From the NCBI GenBank assembly GCA_044892525.1, contig CM097885.1, positions 50,222,001 to 50,286,000 of the forward strand: DNA of 64,000 bases, in the 5' to 3' direction. The translations under genes were made by a program, and so were the position numbers. A model generated the notes under the pieces. It was not told where the DNA came from. It did not search any database and saw only the letters and a program-made list of their open reading frames with translations. Positions 1-15,465 of this stretch are shown piece after piece. Source of the stretch: Schmidtea polychroa (Eukaryota). Each line of letters opens with the position of its first letter. The stretch's first letter is position 1.

Positions 1-1737
<1,737 letters not shown>

Positions 1738-3423
1738 ATCTACTGTCTCTGAGATGTGTATCGAGAGACTTTATTACCTCCTCCCTTTGGACTCTTATCA
1801 TCTCGATAACTAGAATACTCCTCCACTTCTATTTCCATTACCTCATGTTTCACCAAATTTCTCTGTTTCATTTCTTTAATTTCTTTTTTATGATGTTTGA
1901 ATAATGCGAACTCTGAACACAAAGGATATAGTCCTAATAGCAGTTTCCACGACAAACCTCCAATTTTGAAGTCGACATTAGTTTTGTGACTATCAACTTT
2001 AAAATTACAAATACTACATAGATTCCTGATAAGCCGATGACGAAAATACGGAAATTGGTAAATCGCCTCCATAATTTCATCAACACGTTCTTAGCTGCTT
2101 TATATAGTGTTCTTATCCAAAGATTAGTCTGGTTGCATTTCGCTATCTTGTTAAATTGTTTGGATAATCTCTTTTATGCCTCTTTACCTGACTTGAAGGT
2201 ATAGCAATGTCCTTCTTGCTTCCTCGGTGTCGTCTGGCGTATCTAAAATTTGTCCTTGCAGATCATGATTTAAATAATCTATTTTATTATTTATATAATT
2301 CGTGATTTGAACATCTTACACATGTAATGGTTTTTAGACGCAGGAATATATTCTCTAGATAAGAAAATTCTTTTATAGTTTGTTTCATACACTCTTCCCA
2401 CATTTGGTCCTTTTTTCCTTTCTGACAAATCGTATCGCTTCCGTCTTATCTTCTGATAACAACACCAAGGGTGTGTTTTCTTAACTGATATCCTCTGTTT
2501 CTTGTTTGATAATTCTTTTCAACGTTTACGTTTTATCCATGACTTGTTATCGGATCGGCGAATCTCTACATTTGGCACCATTCAACTTCGTGAACATAAT
2601 TTTCATGAGTAACGCCATTTCACAGTGGTCTCTAATTTGTTCATAAATCAACGTGTTAGTTAGCGTTCTGCAACAACCAAACTTTGCGTTACATTGAGGG
2701 TATGTCATCAATAGTGCCGTTTTCATATCAAATATACTGTTAGGTTTCCTTTCGAGTTGACGCAGCGTCATAAAGGTTATCTAAGTGATCGTGACATCAT
2801 TCACTGAGATTCCCGTAATAGATTTATCTTAATCCAACTTTCTTCAGTCAACTGTTAAAGATTCCCACATGACCATTTCTCATACGAGGAGGTGCCAAAA
2901 CGGTGACAAGATGGGTTTAGATGCGTTCTGCCTGGACATATTTCTACAAAGAAAATTTGAAATTATTTCTACTAGTACAGTGGTTAGACATTCGGTTCGA
3001 GCCAACGACAGATTCGTACATCAAACATGAGTATTTTCAGACACACATCGGACACAATTAGGTGAAATAAAGGATGAATTTAACCAGGGGATGACGACAA
3101 AACATTATCCTATTTATTAGCATTTAATGGACATATATTCATTGGGAATTTAATATAGAAGTTTCATCCAAAGTGTTAAACCTTTATTATTATATATTAA
3201 ATGACTTCTCCGATAGATATTAGCATCATAATGAAAGTAGCTCACTCAATTGAAATTGACCACATAAATTAATGAATAAAAATTTCTAACCCAAATAAAA
3301 CAGCTTAAACAAATGCCCGTAATTTCCGAATTAAGAATTAATTGTAAAAATGCGGAATCCTAGGACGTGAAATTTAAATTGATGAAGACTAATGCATACA
3401 ATGGAATTAATAACCTGCGATTA

Positions 3424-4200
3424 CACCAAAGCGCATTTGACTATCATTAATGAGATATTCATTTAGCAATGTCAATTGAGCTTTGTTTTGGTTTTAGTTA
3501 TATTTTAAGTTTTTATGTTAAAATAATGAATAAAGAACTAAGATATTTATTTATTTATTTAAATATACATTAAATTTTTCATAGTTCATCTAAAATATCC
3601 AGTTTCTTCAAGCATTTAGGGAAGAATTTTTAATATGATTATTCAAATGAATATATGATTTTTGAAATTACTATGATCTGGTTTTCGAAGTTCCTCGTTA
3701 ACTGCTTGAGATATTGCAGTAAAGCAGTCATTAAATGTAAATCTGTCTGCCAAATCCATCAGCCGAAGAAACTTTAGTCCTTACCCCATTTTTAATATTT
3801 CTAAACACACTTTCGATGGGGTTCAAAAATGAATTATATGGCAACTTTTCAATTTGATTATTCAATGAAGATATATTATTGTGGATGGATGCATTATCGT
3901 GGATCAAAATAAATCCAGAGCCATCGTTTCACAGTTAATTCGCTTATAAATGACTGATATGATTCCTTTTAAAATAGTGAATAATTTGTGAATGGATTGG
4001 TCCATCTTTGGATATTACCAAAACTAGAGAAATATTGGAACCTCGATTTGTTGGCATATTGCTATAAATTAGATTGCCTACTCTTGATCTACCGAATCTC
4101 TTGTTCGTCCATGTATTGAAAGAGCATTCACATATGAATTTCTTGAAATAGAATAGTCGATTCTGATGAAGCTTCTGACATATCCCCATAATTGTTTTTA
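3424..4200 (-). mobile_element. Tc1/mariner-IS630-like transposon relic
   Basis: TA|CACCAAAGCGCATTTG terminus. Minus-strand translation gives FI(C)ECSFN...DNASIH...LPYNSFLNPIESVF. An inverted copy lies at 27965-28677. Confidence 0.75.
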
Positions 4201-6825
4201 TAATTAATCAATTTTGAATTGAAACAAGAGCAAATAAACCACAAAATAGGAAAAAAACACACCCAACCATAATAACAAGCAAAAGGAAATAATTAACTAG
4301 AATAAAAATAAACAACAGGAGATTAAAATATAAATAAGAAAGTAAAAAATTAATCATTAAAACAATAAAGAAAAATAAAGAAAAAGCAAAGTAGCAAATT
4401 ATAAACAAAATGGCCAACAGAAATTAACAAAAATTAGGAAAAATATATAAATTAAATTACTTAATAAATTAATAAAAGAAAACAAATAAATAACATAAGA
4501 AAAACAGTTAAAAAAGCACAAAAATAAGAAAAATATTAAAATACACACTAGCTAAGTCCTGATTGGACGAAAAATTCTATATAAGAGAGATACTTGGTTG
4601 GTTCCCTCAACTTCTAAAAAATTATTACAGGTAAAATTTGATTTCGATAAACTTTTTAAACTCATAGAAAATTATTAGAGCGAGCCATCAGCTTTAGTAA
4701 ATCTTATACAGGACGATACAGAACTTCTAGAAAATCATTACAGAAACTACTAACCGATTTTAATAGGAACTGCTAACCAGTTATTACAGGGAAAGCGGAA
4801 TTATTACAACTCATCAAAATATTATACCGAACCAAGCTTCTAAAAAGGTATTGCAGATTTAACTACTAAAGTTTTAATCCTAATAACACTACAATACAGC
4901 CCTCCAAATCAGGTACGATTGTCAATTTTGGAAAAATCATCAAGCAGAAAAGAGTAAAATTTTCTTTTGATTTTCTTTTACTACATTATATTTAACAATA
5001 AATAACTTTGTAACTGTTATGGAGAAAATATTATATAAATTCTAGTAATATTATGACTTCTCTCTTCACGGATCCAGCGACGATACCGCTTGTGAATTCT
5101 GAATATGATACCACGATTGATTTTGGGTGATGACGATGAAGAAATTAGTAATGTTGAATCGAATGAGTGTGAAATGCTGAATTTCAGATGAAAATAGACG
5201 ATTTACCTAGAATGAGGTAGAGATGGTGAGGACACAGAATGAATTCGTTTGAATGAGATTGCCGATAGAGTATACGTTGATAGCCATAGATCACAACGTT
5301 GAAGCATAATAGCAACCAAGGGGTATGATCGATGGGTGAGTTTTAATAAATTGATTTAAATGCCATTCGTAACTCTCATATGCTATTATTCAATTTTCTG
5401 AAATCATTTTCAATTTTCATGAGATATTATTGATGAATGTGGGCTGACCCGTCTATCGTGGTCGTCTGGAGATAGTCGGTACTCGCACCGGTGGTTGCCA
5501 GGTGAGCCATGGTAAGTGGTGAGACCAAAAGTTTTTATGAGTGTGAGACAATTAATGAACAGACCCGGTATCATCATCGAGCAGCGGCACGACAAATTGT
5601 ACCAGTTGAAAGAGCTCTGTAGAAAATTGAATGGCAACTTCAATAGCTCAATAGAGATAACTTCTATAAGATAGGTGATCTTCAGAGTTTTCGTTGTATA
5701 TCCCAAAGTTCTAATATCGAAGTAGAGACCAGAGTTAATCTTCATTTTCTTTATTTGAGTAATCATTCATCATGCTGTCAGGAAGCCGATTATATTCGAA
5801 AACACGAGAACCGATTTCCGCTTCTATTATTACATTCCTGGTCCCCCTTGGTTAGTCTACATTTAACTTTAGAAACAAAGAATCGATAATGTCCACATAT
5901 TTTTCATAGTCACGATCTTGTCGATTCCCATTGAATAGCCGTAGTCCAGGATGTTCCGGCTAATATGTATCACCGATTACGTCGACATAAATCAATTACT
6001 GTTTACACTATCACGAAATGTTCCTCGACACTAACGTGTAGAAATCGATTTAATCCAATCTGATAAATCACTTTACAAATCGAAAATGATAAATAACCAT
6101 TTTGTTTATAATCCGATTTAGTATGAAATCAGTCGGTATCTTGCTGTTCAGTTGCTCGATTTACGTGGATCCGTATAATAAATAATCAGTCAATCTTAGT
6201 AGAGTTTTCCTAGTAATTTTAGACATCTAGTAGGTGCAAATGTAAACATAATTTTCACAGATAATATCATCTTATAAACATACTTCCGAGTTGTTTATCA
6301 GACTTGGCAATAGAACAAAAATGCGAATTCAGATGATTTAAGCGATAAACAGTTGGTATTTTTAACGATGAGAATTACCAAGGTGAATCAAATTAAAAAT
6401 TTAATAAATTAAGCATATAATTTTGTTTCGTAAAACTACAAATTAAGAGTAACTATTAAAGGGATCCCATATGTCATTGAGAAGCATAGTAAACCAACGA
6501 AATATATATTTTTGTTCCACGTCCGTAACATAATTCTGAATAGATTTATTAATTTATGAAACTAATAAATTGTAACGTTTATTAATCTATGAAACTAATA
6601 AATTCTAACATGAATTTTCCGAAATTCATTTGAATTTGATCAAATCCTACTCTTGATGATACGCATAGAATACCTCATTCGAGGGAGCGATGTAGGCTAA
6701 ATCTCTGACTACTGAGGAAAATTTTAGAAATAAGGTCAAGTGAGTAACGCGGGTGGTATTGGATTTTGGAATACATCAACGAAGTCTTCCTTATAATTTG
6801 GTAATCATAGTATTTGAATTTAGTA

Positions 6826-7629
6826 ATGTCAGAACCAAATTTGCCTCAGCGCGACCCGAAACCTTGTTTTTCGTGCGCCGACAAGAACGCTGACCTCAGA
6901 AAACTGTACGGTCACATCAGGGTTCTTAATAAACGTATTGAGACGTTAGAACATACGTGGTTCTCCCCGCCACATATGAAGAAGGAGAAAATGAAGGTCC
7001 TGCGGCTAGAACACTACAGGGACAGGCTCCTAGAGGAGAGTCGCTGTCAGCAATTGACAATTAAAGCCCAATCTGAGGCACTCCACCAAATATACTCAGA
7101 ATCGGGACTGAGGCGAAGGGTCAGAGAGTAACCAATAAAAGATGGGACAAATATCTTCTCGCTGCATCATCGAGCGGACGAGCTAACTGTCTCTTCATCA
7201 TCAAACTGTGTGGGACATGGGCCAGAATTACCACCTATCATTGCACCGGTCCTGAACGGGGCATCCAACAGTTATCTTCCTACTGAATCGGTGCCTAGCG
7301 GGTCACCCGTTCTCCTCCAATCGCTCAATCTGAAGAATCCTTTAAGAGTAATCCAAGGAAAAGAAAACGCATGTCTCGCTCCGAAAGGAATCAGAAACGG
7401 CGAAATGAGATCGCGGCTTTAGAGGCCTCATTGTTTGCCAACCAGGCGTCGAATGCTCGAAGCTCCAATAAAGAACCGACTGCGCAGTCACCTCGTATCG
7501 AGTAATTCCCTCTACTATATCTGCGTTCCCAGAAGACCCGTGGTTACAAGTGGACATCGATGCCCTGATAACCGAAGGGGAAATGCAATAGCGAGGAAAA
7601 TTTCTCCACTATCTGTATCCGTCGAGTGA
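6826..7629 (+). pseudogene. Decayed ORF of about 268 codons, unknown function (probably TE-borne)
   Basis: Track ORFs 6814, 7210 and 7435 share one frame, separated only by single stops (7129-7131, 7420-7422). GC is higher than in the flanks. Confidence 0.45.
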
Positions 7630-7949
7630 TCCTTAATGAAACTGAATTGACCATTGTTGACATGTTTTTTTGCCTTTCTGATAATTTGATTTGATGTTGG
7701 TAATATAATAAAATTTGTCAGTTGAATTCTCATGTTCTTGTCTCTATTCTTGAGTTTTGTTTGAAAACACGGATTATGCGATTTTATAGTGGTATTGGTA
7801 TTTAAAATTATAAGTCGTCCCCTTGAAGCAAGGACGCACTAGATGAGCGAAGCACTGAAGAGAGGTAAGTCCTTCTATCGGTACTCAGGAACCTGTACCG
7901 TGAACCTTACAGGGAGTAGTCCTAACACAGGGGCTCACCTGCTTGTAAG

Positions 7950-8315
7950 CAGTGGCGTAGCGAGGTGGGGGCGAGGGGTGACAGTTGTCCCGGGCGCCAC
8001 AATTTTTGGGGCGCCGGATTGAACGCAATATATATAAAATATATAAATATATCCAAGCATTGAAAATTTTTTAAAATAAACGATGAAAAAGGGATTTTGT
8101 TTTTCTGTTTTCCAGTTTTTTTCTAGTTTTGTTATATTTTTATATTTTATATTTTATATTTTTTAAAATATTATTTTAGAATTTATTAATATGCATTTTA
8201 TATTTGGCGTTTTTACATATGTCTATTTTAATATCACAAAAAATTTTTTATAGTAAGCCCAGGGCGCCAAAAATATCCCTATCCCCGGGCGCCAAGTACT
8301 CTAGCTACGCCACTG
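7950..8315. mobile_element. hAT-type MITE
   Basis: TIR CAGTGGCGTAGC / GCTACGCCACTG; perfect 8-bp TSD CTTGTAAG (7942-7949, 8316-8323). Confidence 0.95.
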
Positions 8316-8459
8316 CTTGTAAGTTCCAACCTGCGTGCGCATCACCAACATGATACATCATCATGGGCACACGTATGGGAGATTCATGTCAAATCATGAA
8401 GGGAACTTAAGGGGTCGAAATGAGCATACATTTAACATCCCCCTAGGTAACCAACATAA

Positions 8460-8622
<163 letters not shown>

Positions 8623-8996
8623 TAGAAGCTGCTAAAACATCTTCTTAATTGTTTTTTAAATCCGGTTCAAAAGTTAAGGACATAATACCAAATATTTATT
8701 TAATGAAATATTGTATAATTTCTAAACAAATTTTCGGCGTTGAATAAAATATTTTCAAAACCATTTATCAAAATATTTCAATATTTAAAACATATTTATT
8801 TAAAATTTTTCATTAATAAAACTTCATTTTTTAAAAAACTATTTTAATTTTTAATTTAAAAATTTCAACTTAAAAAATCCAATTTAAAAATTATTTAAAG
8901 TTATTTTAATAGTCAATTATTTACAATTTAAAATTATTTTGATAAACCATTGAAATATTTAACTCTCAGCTGAAAACACCTCACATCCCCCTTCTT

Positions 8997-11900
8997 TAAG
9001 AAATTTCTTCATCTTTTCAACATTTCTTTGAAGCATTTTCCCACTTTAGTCTTGTAACAGATATCGGCAATCATGGATCTTCTGCATTATTCTGTATGGC
9101 CCTTCGTATCTTTCCTTGTCTTTCGTTCTTGATTCTACTTTTACCAGAACCTCATCTCCAATATTGAATAATCTTTTTGTCTGCGTTATTTCTTTTGTAT
9201 CTTCTTTTTGTGAAATCGTCGCTTTACTATGAAATTGTTCTCGAGCTATTTTTCTTCTAAATATTACTTCTGCGGGACTTCGTCCAATTGATTTCGGAAA
9301 TGTTGCATTCATGATAAATTCAATCTCTGGTATGATCTCTGCTCAATCTATTCTATTTTTTTCTTTTAATTATGCATTTATATAGTCTCTTATTGTCCTG
9401 AATTGACGTTCTATTACACCATTTGTATTATGGTGATATGGACTTGAAAAGCACAGTGTAATTCCCATTGATTTTGTAAACTCTTTCATCGCCTTAGATT
9501 CAAATACTTTTCCACAATCTGAGTGAATTTCCTTTGGTACTCCAAATCTAATAATCCATTTTTGTAGTATTGTTTCCTTCACCGTTTCTTCATCCTGTTT
9601 AACGACAGCAGCCAGAGAGATATATCTGCTAAATTGATCAATCATTGCGACTATATATCTTTTCTTTCTGAATGTTTCCTGTAATGGGCCACATATATCA
9701 ATGTACACTTTTTCCCACGGCTCCTCTGCTGTCGGTTTTATTGTCTCTTTCTTCATCTTTTTTGTCACAACTTTCGTTCTTTGACATGCCTCGCATTGTC
9801 CAATTGTTTCTCTAACTGATTCTTTTATGTCTCCCATATCGTAATTGTCCGCTAAATATTTTGTCACCTTTTCTGCTCCTGCGTGTGATAGCAAGATATG
9901 CATACTCTTTATCATTTCTTGTCTTTTTTCTCTAGGTATCAATATCTTACCCTCTATAGTTTCCACCACGTTGTCTACCAGTATAAATTTCCAACTTGAA
10001 CATTGTGCTATTTCTTTTTTTTATTTGTTCTATTTCTGTATTATCTTTTTGCCACTTATTATCTTCTGCTTTTTCCATCGTGTTTATTCTTCGGGTTTTC
10101 ATTCTTTCCACTTTCGCGTCTTCGTGTGCCAATAAACATTGTGTGCATGTTCCACATGTATTCCTTGACAACATATCTGCATTTACATGATCAGTACCTT
10201 TTCTATACTCTATTTTAATATCCAGACTACTGAGGTAGTTAATCCATGTCTGAAATTGCGTTGTTATTGGTTTCTTTGTGGATAACATAAACGTGATAGC
10301 TTTATGGTCCGTTCTCAAAATGAACCGTTTTCCATATAAATAATGATTGAAGTGTTGACAATCGTGTCAAAACTCGCATCATTATCCAGAATGAATTCTC
10401 TTTCGAAATCTGGAAACCCTAGAATAGGTGAGGACACTAAAGCATTTTTCATATTTTCGAATGCGATGTTGCATCCATCAGTTCAAATTAATTTTTTTTT
10501 GTTTAACCCGCATAGCTCTTCTAAAACTCTTGCCTTTTTTGCGTATTCTTTTAAAATCTTCTGTAGTAATTGCATATTCCCAAAGAAGCTTCTCAGATTC
10601 TTAACACATTTTGGCTTTTCAAATTATGTAATCACGTCTAGCTTTGATGGGTCCGTCTGTATTCCATCTTTGTTGATTATGTGACCTAAAAATTTGACTT
10701 CCTCTTTAAGGATATGGCACTTTTCAGGGTTTATCCTAAGACCCGCCTTTCCAAATTTGTCCAGCACTTCATCTAAAACTTTGTAGTTGTGATTGATTGT
10801 TTCTGTAAATATCCAAATATCGTTTAGGTATATTGCTGCATATGTCGTACCCAATGGCATTCTGTTAAAACAGTATTGCCTTGATTTGGTTGAAAACGCC
10901 GTTTTTAGCTTTGATTCATCTTCTAGTTCTACTTGATAATGTGCATTTCCAAGATCTATCAAACTGAAATACTTTGGTCCACCCAATTTATCTAACATTT
11001 CTGCTATATTCGGCATAGGGAACGCCTGTCTCTCTGTTACTAGGTTTAATTGCCTGAAATCAAGACATAATCTGATATCTTGCTTTTCTTTCTTCCAGAC
11101 GCATATTAATGGATTGTTGCATGGCGAATCACATTTTTTTGATAATATTGTTTTCCGATAAGTTTTTTATCGCTTTGTTGAGGTCTGTAAATTAAAATAA
11201 ATATAAATGAAATTTAGGTAAGCGAAGAAAAAAGACAAATAAAAGCGTGATCATGCACAAAATTGATAGTAAAGGGAAGTATGATGGAAGCAGTATTAGG
11301 AAATGGCAAAAGCAGTTGCGAAAGGCAAGAATACGGAAATCCGTGAAAAATCGATAAATTGTAAAATCATCGAAATCGAATTGGGAAAACGGGACAGGTA
11401 TAGATTAGCTAATGATCAACAAGATGATGATTAGGGATTTATCGGAAAACGGTTAGAAAGGGTCGAAAGGCATTCAAATGTGCTAAAACAGAAAACGTTA
11501 ATTAATTAATTAATTAATTGGCTAATAGGAAACCCCAACTAATGGGAAACCCGAGCCAATGGAGAACCCAAGAGATGAAGGAAACCCGTGCTGGGTAAAC
11601 AAAGAGAAAAGTAAATAGAAAGAAGATTTTGGTTCATTAGCGGGACACAATTATTAATTGAAAAAGAACAAGGAGAAGAGTGTGTGCAGAAAGGCCTGAC
11701 GGGCCATTAATTATCTTTGTTCGTTGGACCATTATGGGTGACAGCCGAAGCAAATATGTGGAGTCAAATGTCAAGTGAGAGATTGGCTCGGCAATAACCA
11801 TTTGTCATCCCGATTTCGAAGAGTATATAAGGAATTGGAAAATCAGAGCAATTCGGCATTTTGCCTCAGCTAGGGTAAGAAGAAACGAGAGTAGGTTAAA

Positions 11901-12927
11901 GGTAAAAACGAATTAAGGAGATTAGGGAAAAAGAAGATATAGAATAAGAATACGAAAAGGTGAAAAAGGATCAAATCAAAGAGAAAAAGGAAATCTGGTC
12001 AAGAGAACCTAAGGAAATAAAAGGTGAATGCATAAAAGGTCAAAGCATCAACACCGAGCGAAGAATCGGTCAAACTCGAACTGTTGAACTATTGATTATT
12101 GATTGTGAGAAAATATATATATGTTTATTGTTTTGATTAAAGGGACACGAGGAGTCAGAGGTAACCGACTTAAATTAACTGAAAACCCAACAGCTTCATC
12201 TATTTTACCTTCCAAGTTGACTGGTTGTCTCCAAGGTTTAATATTTATCAGTTTTCCTTGAGTTTCTATTTTATGCTTCAACAGCTTTGTGCAGCTAATG
12301 TCCCATTTATCAGCCATAAAAACATTTTGATTCTTTTTTACAATGTTCAATAGTATCGGATTATTTATCTTTAAAGTATTTTTTGCTCTTTGAAATCGTT
12401 CCATCTCCGTTATTGTCTTTCCTGCATACGTGCTCTTGCTTCGTTTTCTCGACCTCTTCTACTGGCCATTTTAGTTGTATACCAAATTGTTTTTGCAACT
12501 CTATACTATCAATTACCTCTGGAGTCATATATCGTACTATCGTAAATTTTACCCTTCTTTACCTGCCATTTATTACTATTTCTAATATTGCTTTACCTTT
12601 CGTTTCTAAAACCCCATTATTTGCACATCTCAATGTATCAGTCGTTGTTGTTAGTTCTACATCTTTAAGTTTTTCAAATTTGCTCCAACTCATGACATTT
12701 ACTGTAGCCCCTGTATCGAGCAAGCATTCCATCTTCTGGTCTTGTATTCCAATAGTTACACTTGATCGGCCTTGCATTTTATCATAACTAATAATATCAT
12801 TTTTCCGTTCATCTAAGGTGAGTATTTGTATATTTTCTCTTTCTCTTTCTGCAAAATTCTTTTTTATGAATCTGTTCACTTTCTTTATTACATGATTTTC
12901 CTCTTCCGTTACCTCTGTATCTTTCAC
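8997..12927 (-). pseudogene. pol: Gypsy pol (PR-RT-RH-IN), frameshifted and interrupted by a solo LTR
   Basis: Motifs in ORFs 12559-12927, 12096-12404, 10624-11016, 9947-10318, 9370-9969 and 9046-9312 in Gypsy order. Confidence 0.92.
11176..12192 (+). mobile_element. Solo LTR nested in Gypsy pol
   Basis: TGTTG...CAACA termini; 4-bp TSD GCTT (11172-11175, 12193-12196); removing it restores KIDEA-IKNL in pol. Confidence 0.93.
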
Positions 12928-12998
12928 ATCTTTTTCTATAATAAGTGATATTTTAGTTTTATTATAATAATTAATAATTTGGGAGTCAGCATTAATGT

Positions 12999-14129
12999 TT
13001 AATACACTGCCCCAACTATCTCCTCTTCTATCATGGCGTTGATATTTGGGTATTCTCTGTATTTATCTTCTAATCTTTCATCACTTGGTTCGTCTATGAA
13101 TGCTACGTATCTCTGGTCTGCTTGTCTTGTTTCCTTTCTCGTTCCTTGATAACCATTCCCTGCTTCGTATCGTTCTTGTTGCCTTCCAAAATTCTCATTC
13201 ATTCTCCAATATCTCATTCTCTCCAAATTTGTGTAACAATCCTCCTCTTTATGACCTCCCAAGCTACACCTCGTACACCTTATTTTTTTACAATCTCGTC
13301 TCACGTGTCCCGGGGTACCACACGTATAACATTCGACTACCTTTCTCTGCATCTGTGGACACTGACTTCTTACATGTCCTTGTCTTCCACATGTAAAACA
13401 ATTAACTGCCTTCTTTGTTATGCAATCTCTACTCAAATGTCCTACCTTGTGACATGTCCAACAATCGTTCTTATTTCTGATCGGTCTTTCTTCTCGATAC
13501 TCTCTCGACTCGCTATTATATCTTGGTGATACAATATTTCTTGCTTGATTTGTAACAGCGTCTCTGTAATTTCTTGTTATATTGTGTTCTGGTCTTCTTT
13601 CTCTCACTGCGTAGATCTCTTCTGCAACTATACGAGATTCATGTAACTTCTTGATTTTTTTCTTCATTTCAGTTGTTCCATTGGTGTCACTTAGACAAAA
13701 TTCTCGTTTCAAAGTCTTCTCGGCTGCACAGTGTACCAGCAGATATTCGGTTAAACTTTCCTTGTTTAACTCATGCCCCAATATTTTATCGACTAACTCG
13801 TTTATGATAGTAAAATATTTATCGGGCTCTTCACTAGTTAATCTATAAGACATAGCAGATTGTAAATCTTCTGGGAAACTTGTTTTTTTGACGAATGCCT
13901 TTCGCAATCTTTCCTTATAACATTTGATATTTTGGTCAACTTATGTATATCTCTCTCTGATCTGTTTGTCGATCAGTAATTCGATCATCACTTCTTGTCT
14001 TGCAGTAGGCATTTGTACCATTTTAAAATATCTATCGCATTCTTTATTGAATGTTTCAACATCATCTCCTATATGATAATCATTTAAGAATAGCTTCTTT
14101 ATGAAGAAATCCATAGACGTGGTCGACAT
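12999..14129 (-). pseudogene. gag: Gypsy gag with four CCHC zinc knuckles (one in-frame stop)
   Basis: ATG at 14129; ORFs 13941-14192 and 12999-13907 are in frame; CWTCHKVGHLSRDC, CFTCGRQGHVRSQC, CYTCGTPGHVRRDC, CTRCSLGGHKEEDC. Confidence 0.9.
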
Positions 14130-14493
14130 ATTAGAAGCTGCTAAAACATCTTCTAAATTGTTTTTTAAATTCAGTTCAAAAGTTAAAGACATAATTCCAA
14201 ATATTTATTTAATGAAATATTGTATAATTTCCAAACAAATTTTCGGCGTTGAATAAAATATTTTCAAAACCATTTATCAAAATATTTCAATATTTAAAAC
14301 ATATTTATTTAAAATTTTTCATTAATAAAACTTTCTTTTTTTAAAAGCTATTTTAATTTTTAATTTAAAAATTTCAACTTAAAAAATCCAATTTAAAAAT
14401 TATTTAAAGTTATTTGAATAGTCAATTATTTACAATTTAAAATTATTTTGATAAACCATTTAAATATTTAACTCTCAGCTGAAAACACTTCAC

Positions 14494-14494
<1 letters not shown>

Positions 14495-14586
<92 letters not shown>

Positions 14587-14618
14587 TATTATTATTATTA
14601 TTATTTGTTATTATTATT

Positions 14619-14703
<85 letters not shown>

Positions 14704-14708
14704 TGTTA
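14495..14708. repeat. (AAT)n directly followed by (ATT)n microsatellite
   Basis: Orientation switch at about 14584. Confidence 0.95.
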
Positions 14709-14937
14709 TTTCATCATTAATTTAATAAATGAATCACATTTTTTGTTTAATTTGCGTAGAATTCTAATAGATCTAAAGATATGACTTAATATAAAGTCGA
14801 TATGGTGCAAATCATTTGTAAAATCTGACATTTAAATTATTTTAATAATTATTAGAAATTCTTTGGGACGAAAGTCATATTCAATGAAATGTAACCTCAT
14901 TCCTAAATTCACAAAAACCATATACACTTCTTACAAA

Positions 14938-15215
<278 letters not shown>

Positions 15216-15330
15216 TGCTATTACATCAATAATCACAATTTTTGTTTAATTTCCGTAGGATTCTAATAGATCTCAAGATATGACATAATATAAAGTCGAT
15301 AAAGTGCAAATCATTTGTAACATCTGAAAC

Positions 15331-15453
15331 TTGATGTATCCAAATGTTTGCAATGGACACTCAGATGAGAATTGCGCTAAGAAATGGCTACAAAGAGTCA
15401 ACGAAATCATGATAAGAAACGACAATGGCTTTGTTAATTCAATTAATAAGTAT
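15331..15453 (+). pseudogene. 5' fragment of an ACE-like paralogue
   Basis: Translates LMYPNVCNGHSDENCAKKWLQRVNEIMIRNDNGFVNSINKY, matching GYPDVCEEYSSENCAKSWLIKVNEISIRNDNRYANVLYRY of the 53954-55825 protein. Confidence 0.88.
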
Positions 15454-15465
15454 TATTATTATTAT

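Larger units (their letters stand above)
8623..14494 (-). mobile_element. Near-complete degenerate Ty3/Gypsy LTR retrotransposon
   Basis: 363-bp LTRs at 8623-8985 and 14132-14494 (about a dozen mismatches by eye). PPT AAGAAGGGGGA at 8986-8996. gag with CCHC knuckles, protease LLDTGA, RT (DLGNAHYQV, YLND), RNase H, integrase (H..H/CEAC, IDICGP, GPY). 5-bp ATAAT TSD. Confidence 0.95.

Noticed and set aside
1740..3150. Possible degraded retroelement coding region
   Set aside because: No diagnostic motif I could identify with confidence
7850..7900. CTGAAGA followed by a short stem, hammerhead-like
   Set aside because: No GAAA core after stem II and no flanking stems
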